Positions 11,798 through 24,397 of a stretch of DNA of 64,000 nt are shown in pieces. Position 1 is the stretch's first letter; every line of letters begins with the position of its first letter. The stretch comes from an uncultured Flavobacteriales bacterium. Its GTDB lineage: Bacteria; Pseudomonadota; Alphaproteobacteria; UBA8366; CAVOAK01. The notes below the pieces were generated by a model. The model saw only the letters and a program-made list of their open reading frames with translations. It did not search any database and had not been told where the DNA came from. Location of the stretch: the NCBI GenBank assembly GCA_964419045.1, contig CAYQNO010000019.1:278435-342434 (forward strand), written 5' to 3'. Made by a program: the position numbers and the translations under genes.

Positions 11798-13981
11798 ATG
11801 GTAAAAACTGAGAGTTTACACCGGGTGAAAGTGCTGCTGCCGTTGCCGTTGGCAGCTGCCTATGACTATCGTGTACCCGAGGGAATGGTTCTTGCTCATG
11901 GTGATTTTGTCACTGTACCGCTTGGAAAGCGGAAAGTGACAGGTGTTGTTTGGGACAAATCAATTCCCGGCCGAATAGTAGAAAATAAGCTGAAAGATGT
12001 CGAGGCGCGCCTAGACTTACCTTCATTAAATGAAGATTGTCGTAAATTTGTGGATTGGGTTGCGGCGTATACACTCTCGCCACCCGGTGCGGTGCTACGT
12101 ATGATTATGAGCGTTCCCTCCGCACTCGTTCAGCCAAAGCCAACAATCGCCTATAAGAAGAAAAAAATTTACGGTGATCTGCGGATGACTAGCTCACGTC
12201 GCCGCGTGTTAGCGCTTGTCGAAGGGAGGCCACCGATGAGTGCCATTGATATAATGAAACGAGCCGACGTTGGAATGTCTGTGATACGTGGTCTCACTGA
12301 TGCCGGGATTCTAGCAACTGTCAATTTGCCCACGGCCGTCGATATTGAAATGCCCGACCCCAAACGGCCTGGCCCTGTTTTGTCAGAAATCCAATATAAC
12401 GCCTCGTTATCGCTTCGAGAAAAAATTCGTCAAGGCGGCTACTCCGTAAGTTTGCTGGACGGTGTAACTGGAGCTGGGAAGACGGAGGTTTACTTAGAGG
12501 CAATTGCCGAGAATATCGAGTCGGGACAACAGACACTCGTTTTGCTACCCGAAATTGCGCTAAGCGTCGAATGGCTTGACCGGTTCCTGGATCGTTTTGG
12601 TGCGGCGCCGTTGGTATGGCATTCTGATTTGACTCATGCGCAGCGTCGAAAATCATGGCGTGTTATTGTGGAAGGCCGGGCGCCAGTTGTCGTTGGGGCG
12701 CGTTCCGCACTGTTTCTGCCATTCCCGGATTTGGGCTTGATCATAGTTGATGAAGAGCATGACGGCGCTTTCAAACAGGAGGAAGGTGTCATCTATCACG
12801 CGCGTGATATGGCGGTTGTTCGCGCTAACTTGAGCGAGATACCGATTGTACTTGTATCCGCAACGCCATCGTTAGAGACAGTCATTAATGCAAATAAAGG
12901 TCGTTACCATAGACTTTTGCTATCATCCCGTTTCGGAAAGGCAGAATTCCCGAAGGTACATACTGTCGATCTACGGCACGAACCATTAGTGCCGAAGCAA
13001 TGGTTGTCCACCATTTTGCGAGATGCCCTTGGTCAGGTGCTTGAGGCTGGTCAACAGGCAATGCTTTTTTTGAATCGTCGTGGGTATGCGCCTCTCACAT
13101 TATGCCGTGCTTGTGGTCATCGCATGGAATGCCCCAACTGCACTGCCTGGTTGGTCGAACATCGCCTCGTGGGGCGGCTACAATGTCACCATTGCGGCTA
13201 CGCAACACGAATACTCGATGAGTGCCCCACATGCGCAGTACAGGGAATGATGGTCGCGTGCGGACCAGGTGTTGAGCGATTGTCAGAAGAGGTGGCCACT
13301 TTGTTTCCAAAGGCGCGAATCGCCTCGATGACTAGTGATACGGTGCACAGCACATCTGCTGCCCAAGAGCTAATACGCCAAATTAGCGAGCAAAAAATTG
13401 ATCTGGTAATAGGTACACAGATGATAGCTAAGGGGCACAATTTTCCGATGCTCACACTAGTTGGCGTTGTAGACGCAGATCTCGGCCTTTCGGGTGGTGA
13501 TTTGCGTGCCGTTGAACGCACGTACCAACTCTTGCACCAAGTTTCTGGTCGTGCTGGTCGTGCTGCATTACCCGGTACTGTCTACCTTCAGACCCACCAT
13601 CCGGATCACCCAGTGATAACTGCCCTAACATCTGGCGACAGGGATCGATTCTTAGCAGAAGAAATAACTTTGAGGAGGGATGGCTTGTGGCCACCGTTCG
13701 GACGCCTGGCAGCTTTAATACTGTCGAGTCGCGATGAATTACTCGTGGATAGGTACTCGGCAATACTTAGCCGCTCAGCACCCAATAGGGATGACGTCCG
13801 TGTATTGGGACCTGCTCCGGCGCCGATGGCAATCCTGAGGGGACGCCACCGGCGCCGTTTCCTTATAAAGGCGACCCGGGCCGTCAATCTCCAATTGCTG
13901 ATCCGGAGATGGCTTAGGGATATAAAATTACCAGGTACGGTAAGGCTTCAGGTTGATGTTGATCCATACAGTTTTCTATGA
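11798..13981 (+). CDS. priA: Primosomal replication-restart helicase PriA
   Basis: Walker A GVTGAGKTEVY, a DEEHD box, and the Cys-rich zinc-binding insert CRACGHRMECPNCTAWL...CHHCGY...CPTC. Confidence 0.93.
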   Translation: MVKTESLHRVKVLLPLPLAAAYDYRVPEGMVLAHGDFVTVPLGKRKVTGVVWDKSIPGRIVENKLKDVEARLDLPSLNEDCRKFVDWVAAYTLSPPGAVLRMIMSVPSALVQPKPTIAYKKKKIYGDLRMTSSRRRVLALVEGRPPMSAIDIMKRADVGMSVIRGLTDAGILATVNLPTAVDIEMPDPKRPGPVLSEIQYNASLSLREKIRQGGYSVSLLDGVTGAGKTEVYLEAIAENIESGQQTLVLLPEIALSVEWLDRFLDRFGAAPLVWHSDLTHAQRRKSWRVIVEGRAPVVVGARSALFLPFPDLGLIIVDEEHDGAFKQEEGVIYHARDMAVVRANLSEIPIVLVSATPSLETVINANKGRYHRLLLSSRFGKAEFPKVHTVDLRHEPLVPKQWLSTILRDALGQVLEAGQQAMLFLNRRGYAPLTLCRACGHRMECPNCTAWLVEHRLVGRLQCHHCGYATRILDECPTCAVQGMMVACGPGVERLSEEVATLFPKARIASMTSDTVHSTSAAQELIRQISEQKIDLVIGTQMIAKGHNFPMLTLVGVVDADLGLSGGDLRAVERTYQLLHQVSGRAGRAALPGTVYLQTHHPDHPVITALTSGDRDRFLAEEITLRRDGLWPPFGRLAALILSSRDELLVDRYSAILSRSAPNRDDVRVLGPAPAPMAILRGRHRRRFLIKATRAVNLQLLIRRWLRDIKLPGTVRLQVDVDPYSFL

Positions 13982-14131
13982 AACTTTAACTGTTGTCTGA
14001 TTTGGCATATTAAGATTTAAGTTACTGAATTCACTTTATTTTAATCAATTCTCCCAATGTGGTACAAAGATTGTACGACCTTGCGAGAGATTAAGGTTAA
14101 AGGTTGAGGGAAATTGAAGGTAGGCTTGGTG

Positions 14132-14160
14132 TTGCCACCCCTCATGCCATATGTTAAATA
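14132..14160 (+). promoter_or_regulatory. Candidate sigma-70-type promoter of the atpHAGDC operon
   Basis: TTGCCA (14132-14137), a 17-nt spacer, then TAAATA (14155-14160), about 105 nt upstream of the atpH GTG. Motif match by eye only. Confidence 0.3.
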
Positions 14161-14264
14161 CCGCTCGCTTCTCGAGTAGGCTAATTTAGTCCACAAACCA
14201 AACTGCAGGGGGGTCATTCCGGCTTCGTCGGTGATTTCCCAATTCAAGTTCAGGAGTCCTTAAG

Positions 14265-14822
14265 GTGGCAACGACGTCAGGCGTATCGGAACTTGCCGGT
14301 CGCTATGCTGCGGCTCTGTTCAACTTAGCTGACGAAAGCAAGCAACTCGACGATGTGGCGGCAGATTTTCGCCAACTTGAAGAAATGCTTGTGGGGAATG
14401 CCGATTTAAGTAGGCTGACAAGTAGCCCTGTCATCAGCCGTAACGAGCAGATGAACGCAATGTCGGCTCTGCTCACAAAGGTTGGTGTGTCTTCTTTGAC
14501 GATGAGGTTTATCGGAGTTTTAAGTCAAAATCGTAGACTATTTTCCTTGCCGCAGATTATTACAGCCTTTAATTCCCAATTATCCCAACATCGAGGCGAG
14601 GTGACAGTTGAAATAACGTCTGCGAGGGAACTGAGCGGCCCCCAGCGTTCAGCGGTTGAAGAGGCTATTAGATCGGCAATTGGTGGAAAGGTAGCAATGC
14701 AGGAGAGGATAGATCCAGGTTTGATTGGTGGACTCGTAGTTAAGGTAGGTAGTCGCATGGTTGACTCTTCGCTACGAACAAAGTTGCAGAGATTGAATTT
14801 GGCTATGAAAGGTGTCAACTGA
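14265..14822 (+). CDS. atpH: F1 ATP synthase delta (OSCP) subunit
   Basis: 185 aa with a GTG start preceded by AGGAG. OSCP-like sequence (AGRYAAALF...). The stop overlaps the atpA start. Confidence 0.92.
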   Translation: MATTSGVSELAGRYAAALFNLADESKQLDDVAADFRQLEEMLVGNADLSRLTSSPVISRNEQMNAMSALLTKVGVSSLTMRFIGVLSQNRRLFSLPQIITAFNSQLSQHRGEVTVEITSARELSGPQRSAVEEAIRSAIGGKVAMQERIDPGLIGGLVVKVGSRMVDSSLRTKLQRLNLAMKGVN

Positions 14823-16351
14823 TGGAAATTCGTGCAGCGGAAATTTCCGCGATTCTTAAGGAACAGATTGCCAATTTTGGAACCGAGGCAGACGTGGCCG
14901 AAGTTGGTCAGGTCATCTCGGTTGGGGATGGTGTGGCGCGCGTCTACGGACTGGATAATGTCCAGGCTGGCGAGATGCTTGAATTCCCAAACGGAATTAC
15001 TGGCATGGCCCTAAATCTTGAGATCGATAACGTAGGGGTGGTGATTTTTGGTGACGATCGTGACATTAAAGAAGGTGACATTGTTAAGCGCACGCAGACC
15101 ATTGTTGATGTTCCCGTAGGAAAAGGCCTGCTTGGCCGCGTGGTGGATGCACTTGGGAACCCTATCGACGGTAAGGGGCCCATCGAGGGAACTGAGAGGC
15201 GGAGGGTAGAGCTCAAGGCGCCGGGTATTATTCCTCGACGAAGCGTTCACGAACCAATGCAGACAGGATTGAAGGCTCTTGACGCGCTTGTACCCGTGGG
15301 TCGTGGTCAACGTGAATTGATCATAGGCGACCGACAGACAGGGAAAACAGCAATCGCTGTGGACACAATTCTTAACCAAAAATTTGTAAACGAATCTGAT
15401 GATGCAACAAAAAAACTTTATTGCATTTATGTAGCAATAGGCCAGAAACGTTCAAGTGTGGCGCAGTTTGTTAAAACCCTACAGGACGCCGGCGCTCTCG
15501 ACTATTCCATAGTCGTTGCAGCCAGTGCATCTGAACCAGCGCCGCTACAATTCTTGGCACCTTATGCCGGTTGCGCGATGGGAGAGTTTTTTCGCGATAA
15601 TGGCATGCATGCAGTCATATTTTACGACGATCTGTCAAAACAGGCGGTGGCTTATCGCCAAATGTCACTGCTCCTTCGTCGGCCGCCTGGACGTGAGGCT
15701 TATCCAGGCGATGTGTTTTATTTGCATAGTCGACTCCTTGAGCGCGCTGCTAAAATGGATGAAGAACATGGTTCTGGTTCTCTGACTGCATTGCCTATTA
15801 TCGAAACACAAGCGTCCGATGTCTCCGCTTATATCCCGACCAATGTAATATCGATCACAGATGGGCAGATTTTTCTTGAGACTGAACTATTTTATAAAGG
15901 TGTTCGTCCTGCAATTAATGTTGGAATTTCAGTGAGTCGTGTCGGCTCAGCAGCACAAGTGAAGGCAATGAAACAGGTTGCGGGACGAATTAAACTAGAG
16001 CTAGCTCAGTTCCGCGAGATGGAGGCGTTTTCCCAGTTTGCCTCCGACCTTGATCCCGTCACTCAACGACTCCTTGCACGCGGTGCACGTCTGACCGAAC
16101 TTCTTAAGCAGGATCAGTTTTCTCCGCTACCGATAGAAGAGCAGGTTGTTGTGATTTTTGCCGGTGTTAGGGGTCATTTAGACGGTGTGGAGGAGAGTGC
16201 TATTACACGCTTTGAGAGGGCTATGTTGGAAGAAATGCGCGCAAATAACAGCGATTTACTTTCGGAAATTAGAACATCGGGTGAAATCTCGTCTGAAATT
16301 GAAACGAAGCTCGATGAGATTGTTACCGCCTTTACCACTACTTTTGTTTAA
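14822..16351 (+). CDS. atpA: F1 ATP synthase alpha subunit
   Basis: P-loop GDRQTGKTA and full-length alpha-subunit similarity. Confidence 0.98.
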   Translation: MEIRAAEISAILKEQIANFGTEADVAEVGQVISVGDGVARVYGLDNVQAGEMLEFPNGITGMALNLEIDNVGVVIFGDDRDIKEGDIVKRTQTIVDVPVGKGLLGRVVDALGNPIDGKGPIEGTERRRVELKAPGIIPRRSVHEPMQTGLKALDALVPVGRGQRELIIGDRQTGKTAIAVDTILNQKFVNESDDATKKLYCIYVAIGQKRSSVAQFVKTLQDAGALDYSIVVAASASEPAPLQFLAPYAGCAMGEFFRDNGMHAVIFYDDLSKQAVAYRQMSLLLRRPPGREAYPGDVFYLHSRLLERAAKMDEEHGSGSLTALPIIETQASDVSAYIPTNVISITDGQIFLETELFYKGVRPAINVGISVSRVGSAAQVKAMKQVAGRIKLELAQFREMEAFSQFASDLDPVTQRLLARGARLTELLKQDQFSPLPIEEQVVVIFAGVRGHLDGVEESAITRFERAMLEEMRANNSDLLSEIRTSGEISSEIETKLDEIVTAFTTTFV

Positions 16352-16372
16352 ACACCGTAGTTAGAAAATATT

Positions 16373-17257
16373 ATGGCTAACCTCAAAGATCTGAGGAATC
16401 GAATTGCTAGCGTTAAATCGACGCAAAAAATCACTTCTGCGATGAAGATGGTGGCGGCAGCAAAGCTCAGACGTGCTCAGGAAATGGCAGAAACTGCGCG
16501 ACCATACGCCGAACGAATGGAGGGGGTGTTGAGCCATTTGGTTGAGGGGGTGGGTGAGGACGGCTCAGCACCAGCGATGCTCACCGGAACAGGTTCGGAC
16601 AAGGTTCAATTAATTATTGTTGTGACGGCGGATCGGGGACTGTGTGGTGGCTTTAACTCGAACATTGTTCGACAAACACGACTTCGTATTCGCGAACTCG
16701 AAGTCGCCGGTAAGTCCATAAAACTTTTATGTGTGGGACGTAAAGGCTCGTCGGTGTTACAGATCGATCACGGTGGAAAGATTTTGGATACAATAGAAGG
16801 GGTAGCAAAGCCCGTACCGGTATTCTCTGGAGCAGCTGATATCGGACAACGCCTAACGCAACTCTTTGACGATGGAGAGTTTGACACCTGCTCAATTGTG
16901 TATAACACGTTTCTCTCGGCGCTCACACAAACGGTCACGTGGCAGCAACTTATCCCTCTTCCCCTGTCTGGAGATGCATCCTCCGAAGAGCGTGGTGGAG
17001 AAATTCTTTACGAGTATGAACCAACAGAGGAGGAAATACTCGATTCGCTTCTACCACGTAACCTGGCAATACAAATTTACCGGGCTCTTTTGGAATCTAA
17101 TGCTTCTGAACATGGAGCGCGCATGACCGCTATGGACAATGCAACACGAAATGCTGGGGATATGATTGATGATCTCACACTTAACTATAATAGAACGCGC
17201 CAGGCTGTAATAACAAAAGAGCTGATAGAGATAATTTCTGGCGCAGAAGCTGTCTAG
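16373..17257 (+). CDS. atpG: F1 ATP synthase gamma subunit
   Basis: N-terminus [36 protein letters not shown] and C-terminus ...[19 protein letters not shown] are typical gamma termini. Confidence 0.97.
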   Translation: MANLKDLRNRIASVKSTQKITSAMKMVAAAKLRRAQEMAETARPYAERMEGVLSHLVEGVGEDGSAPAMLTGTGSDKVQLIIVVTADRGLCGGFNSNIVRQTRLRIRELEVAGKSIKLLCVGRKGSSVLQIDHGGKILDTIEGVAKPVPVFSGAADIGQRLTQLFDDGEFDTCSIVYNTFLSALTQTVTWQQLIPLPLSGDASSEERGGEILYEYEPTEEEILDSLLPRNLAIQIYRALLESNASEHGARMTAMDNATRNAGDMIDDLTLNYNRTRQAVITKELIEIISGAEAV

Positions 17258-17314
17258 GTGCCATGGTTATCGGTTGTTTTGAATTTGGAGTAATTGGACG
17301 AACGAGAGTTCTAA

Positions 17315-18778
<1,464 letters not shown>

Positions 18779-18793
18779 GGAAGAGCTAACTCA

Positions 18794-19207
18794 GTGGCGG
18801 AAATGATAGAGTTCGAACTTGTGACGCCGGGAGGCCTGATGATTTCGGGCTCTTTCAGTATGGTAGTTGTGTCAGGTGCGGAGGGTGATTTTGGGGTGCT
18901 GCCTGATCATTCACCAGTCATTACGACGTTGCGACCAGGTACAATTGTGATTTTCGAGGATGGGCGTATCACAAATAGAATATTTGTTGCAGCAGGATTT
19001 GCCGAAGTAACGCAGGATCGCCTTACTATCGTGGCTGAAGAGGCCGCGTTCATCGAGGAGTTAGACAGCGCAGAGTTGGAACAGTCAATCAGCGATTTAC
19101 ATGCCATTATTGGGGCTGCTCCTGACGAATCGGAGCGGATAACTTCCGAGGCGGAATTGTTTGTAGCCGAAGCTAAACTTCAGGCCATTGAACAGCCTGT
19201 TTACTGA
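18794..19207 (+). CDS. atpC: F1 ATP synthase epsilon subunit
   Basis: 137 aa with an epsilon-like N-terminal beta-sandwich sequence (FELVTPGG...). Last gene of the atp cluster. Confidence 0.92.
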   Translation: MAEMIEFELVTPGGLMISGSFSMVVVSGAEGDFGVLPDHSPVITTLRPGTIVIFEDGRITNRIFVAAGFAEVTQDRLTIVAEEAAFIEELDSAELEQSISDLHAIIGAAPDESERITSEAELFVAEAKLQAIEQPVY

Positions 19208-19246
19208 CGCGGGTCTAGTAATCAAGTGCTATATAAACTTCATACA

Positions 19247-19750
19247 TCAGTGCTTCGCGAAAGCCGAGAATTCATCTACCAGCATGCTATACATGCTGCG
19301 TTTAAAGGGTACAATGATAGTTGGTAATGTGTCGAAATTTACCCATCGCCATGCGCTGAACTCTGGCACATGTGAATCAAGGCATATATCCTCATCCCTT
19401 CCGGTAAACCGTAGGGCAAACCAGCGAAGAGTCTGACCGCAGTACCTGCCATTCCAGACGCTGCGTGATATTGTAGGTGGCAAGAGGTAGCTGTACCTGT
19501 CACGACTTTCGGCCACGATCCGTACCTTGTCGGTACCGACCTCTTCCTTCAATTCACGTATTGCCGCCTCTCGCGGTGTTTCAGTCGGACCTATGCCGCC
19601 TTGTGGCATCTGCCAATTTTCTCCCGGATGATCAATCCTTTTACCCACGAACACTTGACCTTGATGATTAAACATTATTAGCCCTACACCTAGTCGGTAG
19701 GGCCGCTGATCTGTTGTATTAGTTGACGGCCTTAAGCGTTCCCGTGTCAT
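19247..19750 (-). CDS. rppH: RNA pyrophosphohydrolase (Nudix)
   Basis: YRLGVGLIMFN... and the Nudix box GGIGPTETPREAAIRELKEEVG. Size is typical of RppH. Confidence 0.88.
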   Translation of the reverse strand: MTRERLRPSTNTTDQRPYRLGVGLIMFNHQGQVFVGKRIDHPGENWQMPQGGIGPTETPREAAIRELKEEVGTDKVRIVAESRDRYSYLLPPTISRSVWNGRYCGQTLRWFALRFTGRDEDICLDSHVPEFSAWRWVNFDTLPTIIVPFKRSMYSMLVDEFSAFAKH

Positions 19751-19800
19751 CCAGCTTTGCCAAAGTTCGAAAATAACTTTTTCTTGAAAGATAAAATCAA

Positions 19801-21102
19801 TTAACGATCCGTTTTCCCGTAAAGCGCGATACCTTGCAGAAGATCAACCGCTCTATCAAGTTGGTAATCTAACTTATTTTCAATATTTTCAGAGCTTTTA
19901 GGGTCCCTCTTATTTTGGTTCACATTTCCGTCGTCGTCGCTTTTATTTTTTAACGCACCGCGCAAATCCTCTTCGTGATGTTCGAGGTTACGGTTATTAA
20001 AGGGTTCCAGCCTAGCTTGCTCTACTACTATATCGGGGTCAATTCCTTTGGCTTGGATCGAGCGGCCGGACGGTGTAAAATATCGTTGTGTTGTCAACTT
20101 AATTGCACCTTTCCTACCTAACGGCATGATTGTTTGAACCGATCCTTTGCCGAAGCTTCGTGTCCCTAAAAGAATAGCGCGCCGGTGATCTTGAAGGGCG
20201 CCCGCCACAATTTCCGATGCTGAGGCGGATCCCGAGTTAATCAAGATCACAATTGGGCGACCATTAATGATATCGCCGGGAGTTGCATTAAATCGCTGTG
20301 CATTATCGGCCGTACGCCCACGTGTAGATACAATTTCTCCTTGTTCTAAAAAAGCGTCTGAAACCTCTATTGCCTGGTCAAGAAGTCCTCCCGGATTATT
20401 ACGGAGGTCCAAAATAAAACCCGTGAGTTCATCATCAAGCTCCTCATTCAGTTTATTAACTGCTCTCAACAACCCACTCTTTGTCTGTTCGTTGAAACTG
20501 GTGATACGGATATAACCTGCCCGTCCTTCTACTCGAGAGCGGACAGAATCAATGCGGATCTTGTCCCGTGTTATGGTTACGTCAAAGATGTCACTCTCAC
20601 TCCTTCGAATTGTAAGGGTGATATCATGCCCAACCTTGCCACGCATTTTTTCTACGGCTTTATTGAGGGTTAGCCCTCTTACTGGCTTGCCGTCGAGATG
20701 AGTAATAAGATCTCCCGCTTGAATACCTGCCCGATATGCTGGAGTATCGTCTATTGGTGACACAACTTTCACAAGGCCTTCTTCCATTGTAATCTCGATG
20801 CCTAGGCCCCCAAATTCGCCTCTGGTGTGCACCTGCATTTCATTAAATAATTTGGCGTTGAGGAAGCTGGAATGCGGATCAAGACTCGCTAGCATTCCTT
20901 GGATGGCCGCCTCAATTAAGGCCTCGTCACTTACGTTTTCCACATAGTCGACACGAACCCTTTCAAATACGTCACCAAAAAGTTCAAGTAACCGATATGT
21001 CTCGGATTTATCTTGTTGTGCGGGACCCAAAAGTGGAAATGCCAACAAGACAACCAAAGTTACTACTATCCCAAAGAGGGTTCCTCGCACGTGTTTCATC
21101 AT
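19801..21102 (-). CDS. ctpA: Carboxy-terminal processing protease (S41A), secreted
   Basis: Signal peptide, PDZ region and the S41 catalytic region (INSGSASASEIVAGALQD...). Follows an EnvC-like gene, as is common in alphaproteobacteria. Confidence 0.92.
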   Translation of the reverse strand: MMKHVRGTLFGIVVTLVVLLAFPLLGPAQQDKSETYRLLELFGDVFERVRVDYVENVSDEALIEAAIQGMLASLDPHSSFLNAKLFNEMQVHTRGEFGGLGIEITMEEGLVKVVSPIDDTPAYRAGIQAGDLITHLDGKPVRGLTLNKAVEKMRGKVGHDITLTIRRSESDIFDVTITRDKIRIDSVRSRVEGRAGYIRITSFNEQTKSGLLRAVNKLNEELDDELTGFILDLRNNPGGLLDQAIEVSDAFLEQGEIVSTRGRTADNAQRFNATPGDIINGRPIVILINSGSASASEIVAGALQDHRRAILLGTRSFGKGSVQTIMPLGRKGAIKLTTQRYFTPSGRSIQAKGIDPDIVVEQARLEPFNNRNLEHHEEDLRGALKNKSDDDGNVNQNKRDPKSSENIENKLDYQLDRAVDLLQGIALYGKTDR

Positions 21103-21113
21103 CTCCGCACTTT

Positions 21114-22325
21114 CTATCTGTCAGCCATCATCCAGCGTAGAGGGTTGATCGGCTGACCATTTCGGCGCAACTCGACGTAAAGAGCTGTTTGTTCAATTAC
21201 TGAGCCGCCCATAGAGCCTACTGGCTCACCAGCAAGTAGCCACTGACCTACCACACAGTCGATCTGAGCTAATCCGGCGAGTACAGTATGATATCCTCCA
21301 CCGTGCTCGATTATCAAGATTTGACCGTATCGACGAAAGGAACCTGCAAAGACGATTTTACCATCATGTGGTGAAATTATCTGTGCCTGTTTGCGGGTAG
21401 AGATCGTAATGCCTCGAGACGCGTTGCCTATTCCATCACCTTCCCCGTAATATCGTTCAATACGTCCTTGCGCGGGCAATACTATAGATCCATTTTTGGG
21501 GAAGGGTCTAATACCCTCTGGTTGTATTAATAGGACATTAGCTGACGGAGTAGTCGAACGTTTGGCTTTGTCAGGTAACTGCGAAGATTCACGTTCTGTG
21601 GTGCCCAGGCTGGCCATAAGGTCACGCAAAGATTGAGCTTGGCCGGCCAATATTTCAATCTTTCTTGCGATTAGGCGGCCTTCAATTTCCGTTTGTTTTT
21701 GTAATGCAGCTTTACGTTGCATCACAGGGATTAATAATGTGCGCTCTGCCAATAATGCGTCTGAAATCAGCGCTAACTTTGCTGTTTGTTTCCGCATGTC
21801 ACTTTTGACGCGTTCCAACGAAGCTATTTCATTATGTAGTGTTTCGGCATCGGATAAGAGTTGTGGCAGGGCTGAACGCAGAAGGATGGCACTTCTAATT
21901 ATGACTATCGGTTTCTCGGGCCCAACTAATAGTAAACGGGGAGGGTTCAGCGAAAGCCGTTCGAGAGCTCCGAGAGTACCACTTAATTGTCTCCGCCGAA
22001 GATTCAACAGAGACTCGCGGCGAATGACATCTTCCCTAAGTTCAACCAGTTTTTTCTCCAACTGAGATAACAGCCCCTCACTTTCTTGGGTACGTTGGGC
22101 AATAGCTATCGATTGGCGACGTAAATCCGTCAATTCTGCAACCAAGTTTGCGGATCGCTTTTCAAGTTCTGTTGCTCGACCCTGGTCAGAATTGAGTTGC
22201 TGTTCGATGGTTTCCAGCTGTTTTTGCGTTTGGGCTAGCGTCGAGAGGGATGAACTGTATGCTAATAACACTAGCGTAATCGGGCAGCACCAACGCGCTA
22301 ACTTAATCGTTCGCAAGGTGGTCAC
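21114..22325 (-). CDS. EnvC-like murein hydrolase activator (coiled coil plus degenerate LytM/M23 domain)
   Basis: Signal peptide, a long coiled-coil N-terminal half, and a C-terminal LytM-like domain (...GQILIIEHGGGYHTVLAGL...LYVELRRNGQPINP). Confidence 0.85.
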   Translation of the reverse strand: MTTLRTIKLARWCCPITLVLLAYSSSLSTLAQTQKQLETIEQQLNSDQGRATELEKRSANLVAELTDLRRQSIAIAQRTQESEGLLSQLEKKLVELREDVIRRESLLNLRRRQLSGTLGALERLSLNPPRLLLVGPEKPIVIIRSAILLRSALPQLLSDAETLHNEIASLERVKSDMRKQTAKLALISDALLAERTLLIPVMQRKAALQKQTEIEGRLIARKIEILAGQAQSLRDLMASLGTTERESSQLPDKAKRSTTPSANVLLIQPEGIRPFPKNGSIVLPAQGRIERYYGEGDGIGNASRGITISTRKQAQIISPHDGKIVFAGSFRRYGQILIIEHGGGYHTVLAGLAQIDCVVGQWLLAGEPVGSMGGSVIEQTALYVELRRNGQPINPLRWMMADR

Positions 22326-23859
22326 CGCTATGAGATATTAGAGAGTGCCCTGTCATCTCTGCGGGTTGGCTGATGCCCATCAAGTTAAGCAGTGTTGGCG
22401 CCACATCGGAGAGTGTACCATTTTCAATCGCCGTAAATTTAGTATGGTCACCTACCAGCACGATTGGAACTTGGTTGCATGTGTGGGCCGTATGCGCTTG
22501 TTCACTACTCGGATCCTGCATGGTCTCGGCGTTGCCATGATCGGCTGTTATTAGCAATGTACCTTCAATCATTTTTACAGCCTTGATAAGTCGCCCCAGG
22601 CATTTATCAACTGTTTCAACCGCACGAATTGCTGCGTTCAGGTTTCCAGTATGTCCAACCATATCGGTGTTGGCATAATTTACTACTATCAAATCAAATT
22701 TTCTTTTTGTCACGGAATCAACAAGATGGTCAGTAATCTCTTTAGCAGACATTTCCGGCTTGAGATCATACGTAGCGACCTTGGGTGAAGGAACGAGAAT
22801 TCTTTCTTCACCCAAAAATCTTTTTTCTTCACCGCCGTTAAAGAAAAATGTGACATGGGCATATTTTTCTGTTTCCGCAATCCTCAGCTGTTTTAATCCT
22901 GATTTTGAGACAATACTCCCCAGTGTATTTGTTAGGGATTGGGGTGAGAATAACGTCTGAAGACAACAATTGAGCTCATGAGAATATGTAACCATACCGA
23001 CTGCTGTCGAAAATTGTACTACACGTTTTCTGGGGAACGCCCCGTATTTGGGCAAACATAAAGCGGACAGAATTTGTCGCACACGATCTGCGCGAAAATT
23101 AGCCATCAGGAGGCCATCACCATCACTCATTCCGTCATAGTTTCCAAGGATTGTAGGGCAAACAAACTCATCGGATTTATCCTCGGCATAAGACGCTGTG
23201 ACAGCTGTTTCTGCATCTACCGCACGTTTACCTTCACCATTAACCAATGCCTCATATGCGCTTGACGTTCGCTCAAATCTCGTATCTCGATCCATAGCGT
23301 AATATCGTCCTGTAACAGTGGCAATATTCGCGCGTGGTGTCATTGCGCAGAATTCAGAAATGTAGTTCAAAGAACTTTTGGGTGGTGTGTCTCGGCCGTC
23401 TAAAAATGCATGGATGGCGACCGCTACTCCTGCATCAGTGATTAGATTTGCAAGAGCTGAAATATGAAATTGATGGGAGTGGACGCCACCTGGAGACATT
23501 AATCCAACAAGGTGTGCAGTACCGCCAGTTGATTTGAGTTTTGTAATAAAATTTCTGAGTATCACATTTGAAGCCAACGAACCATTTTCAATTGCCGTGT
23601 CAATGCGGGGCAAATCCTGAAGTACGGTGCGTCCAGAACCCAGGGTCATATGTCCGACTTCAGAATTACCCATTTGCCCTTCTGGAAGTCCAACATGATG
23701 CTCAGATGCATCAAGTTTTGCGTTTGGATATAGCGCAAGTAAGCCATCCCAAACCGGAGTGCTAGCCTTGGCAATAGCATTATCTGCTCGCTTATTACTT
23801 ATACCCCAGCCGTCCAGAATGCAAAGAACAGTAGGGGGTTGTCCGCTTTCTTTAGCCAT
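22303..23859 (-). CDS. gpmI: 2,3-bisphosphoglycerate-independent phosphoglycerate mutase
   Basis: ILDGWG motif near the N-terminus and full-length iPGM similarity. The start is uncertain: the track ORF extends to 23928 and abuts rlmH. The family N-terminus suggests the ATG at 23859 (MAKESGQPPTVLCILDGWG) or at 23877. None of these has a clear SD. Confidence 0.92.
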   Translation of the reverse strand: MAKESGQPPTVLCILDGWGISNKRADNAIAKASTPVWDGLLALYPNAKLDASEHHVGLPEGQMGNSEVGHMTLGSGRTVLQDLPRIDTAIENGSLASNVILRNFITKLKSTGGTAHLVGLMSPGGVHSHQFHISALANLITDAGVAVAIHAFLDGRDTPPKSSLNYISEFCAMTPRANIATVTGRYYAMDRDTRFERTSSAYEALVNGEGKRAVDAETAVTASYAEDKSDEFVCPTILGNYDGMSDGDGLLMANFRADRVRQILSALCLPKYGAFPRKRVVQFSTAVGMVTYSHELNCCLQTLFSPQSLTNTLGSIVSKSGLKQLRIAETEKYAHVTFFFNGGEEKRFLGEERILVPSPKVATYDLKPEMSAKEITDHLVDSVTKRKFDLIVVNYANTDMVGHTGNLNAAIRAVETVDKCLGRLIKAVKMIEGTLLITADHGNAETMQDPSSEQAHTAHTCNQVPIVLVGDHTKFTAIENGTLSDVAPTLLNLMGISQPAEMTGHSLISHSGDHLAND

Positions 23860-23928
23860 CGTGTCTATATAGGTCATTACCCTTAAAGAGGATAGTCCGT
23901 GATGATGATCGTACCAAGGCGTGTTCAA

Positions 23929-24387
23929 TTACTCGCGGTGATAAGGATGTCCAACCAGAATTTGTTGTGCGCGGTAAAGTTGTTCTGCTAATAGGGCACG
24001 CGCAAGCAAGTGTGGCCAGGTAACTCGGCCAAAAGACACTGAGAAATCTGCTGTGTCTTGGAACTTGGTGTCTAACCCGTTTGCACCACCAATGATAAAT
24101 GCTAGATCGGAAACGCCTTCGTCGCGCCATTGTTGGAAATATCCAGCAAATTGCTTGCTGGTCAAATTGTTACCTTGTTCATCTAAAGTAATTATTTTAG
24201 CACCTAATGGTATGGCACGCGAAATTTTCTCTGCGGATTTATTTAGATTTTCAACAGTTGGTACCGTGCGATTCTCGGAAATTTCCGTTAAACTCAACGG
24301 CAAGTGGATGCGCTTGACGTAATGTTCGTAGAGCGCTCGCTCAGGTCCTTGGCGTGCACGTCCTACTGCCACAATGGAGATACGCAA
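23929..24387 (-). CDS. rlmH: 23S rRNA (pseudouridine1915-N3)-methyltransferase RlmH
   Basis: 152-aa SPOUT protein. Lies in the conserved nadD-rsfS-rlmH gene order. Confidence 0.92.
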   Translation of the reverse strand: MRISIVAVGRARQGPERALYEHYVKRIHLPLSLTEISENRTVPTVENLNKSAEKISRAIPLGAKIITLDEQGNNLTSKQFAGYFQQWRDEGVSDLAFIIGGANGLDTKFQDTADFSVSFGRVTWPHLLARALLAEQLYRAQQILVGHPYHRE

Positions 24388-24397
24388 ACCGTAAGCC

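Noticed and set aside
14041-14247. 68-aa minus-strand ORF between priA and atpH.
   Set aside because: It lies in the predicted atp promoter and leader region. It has no SD and no recognisable family, so it is probably spurious.
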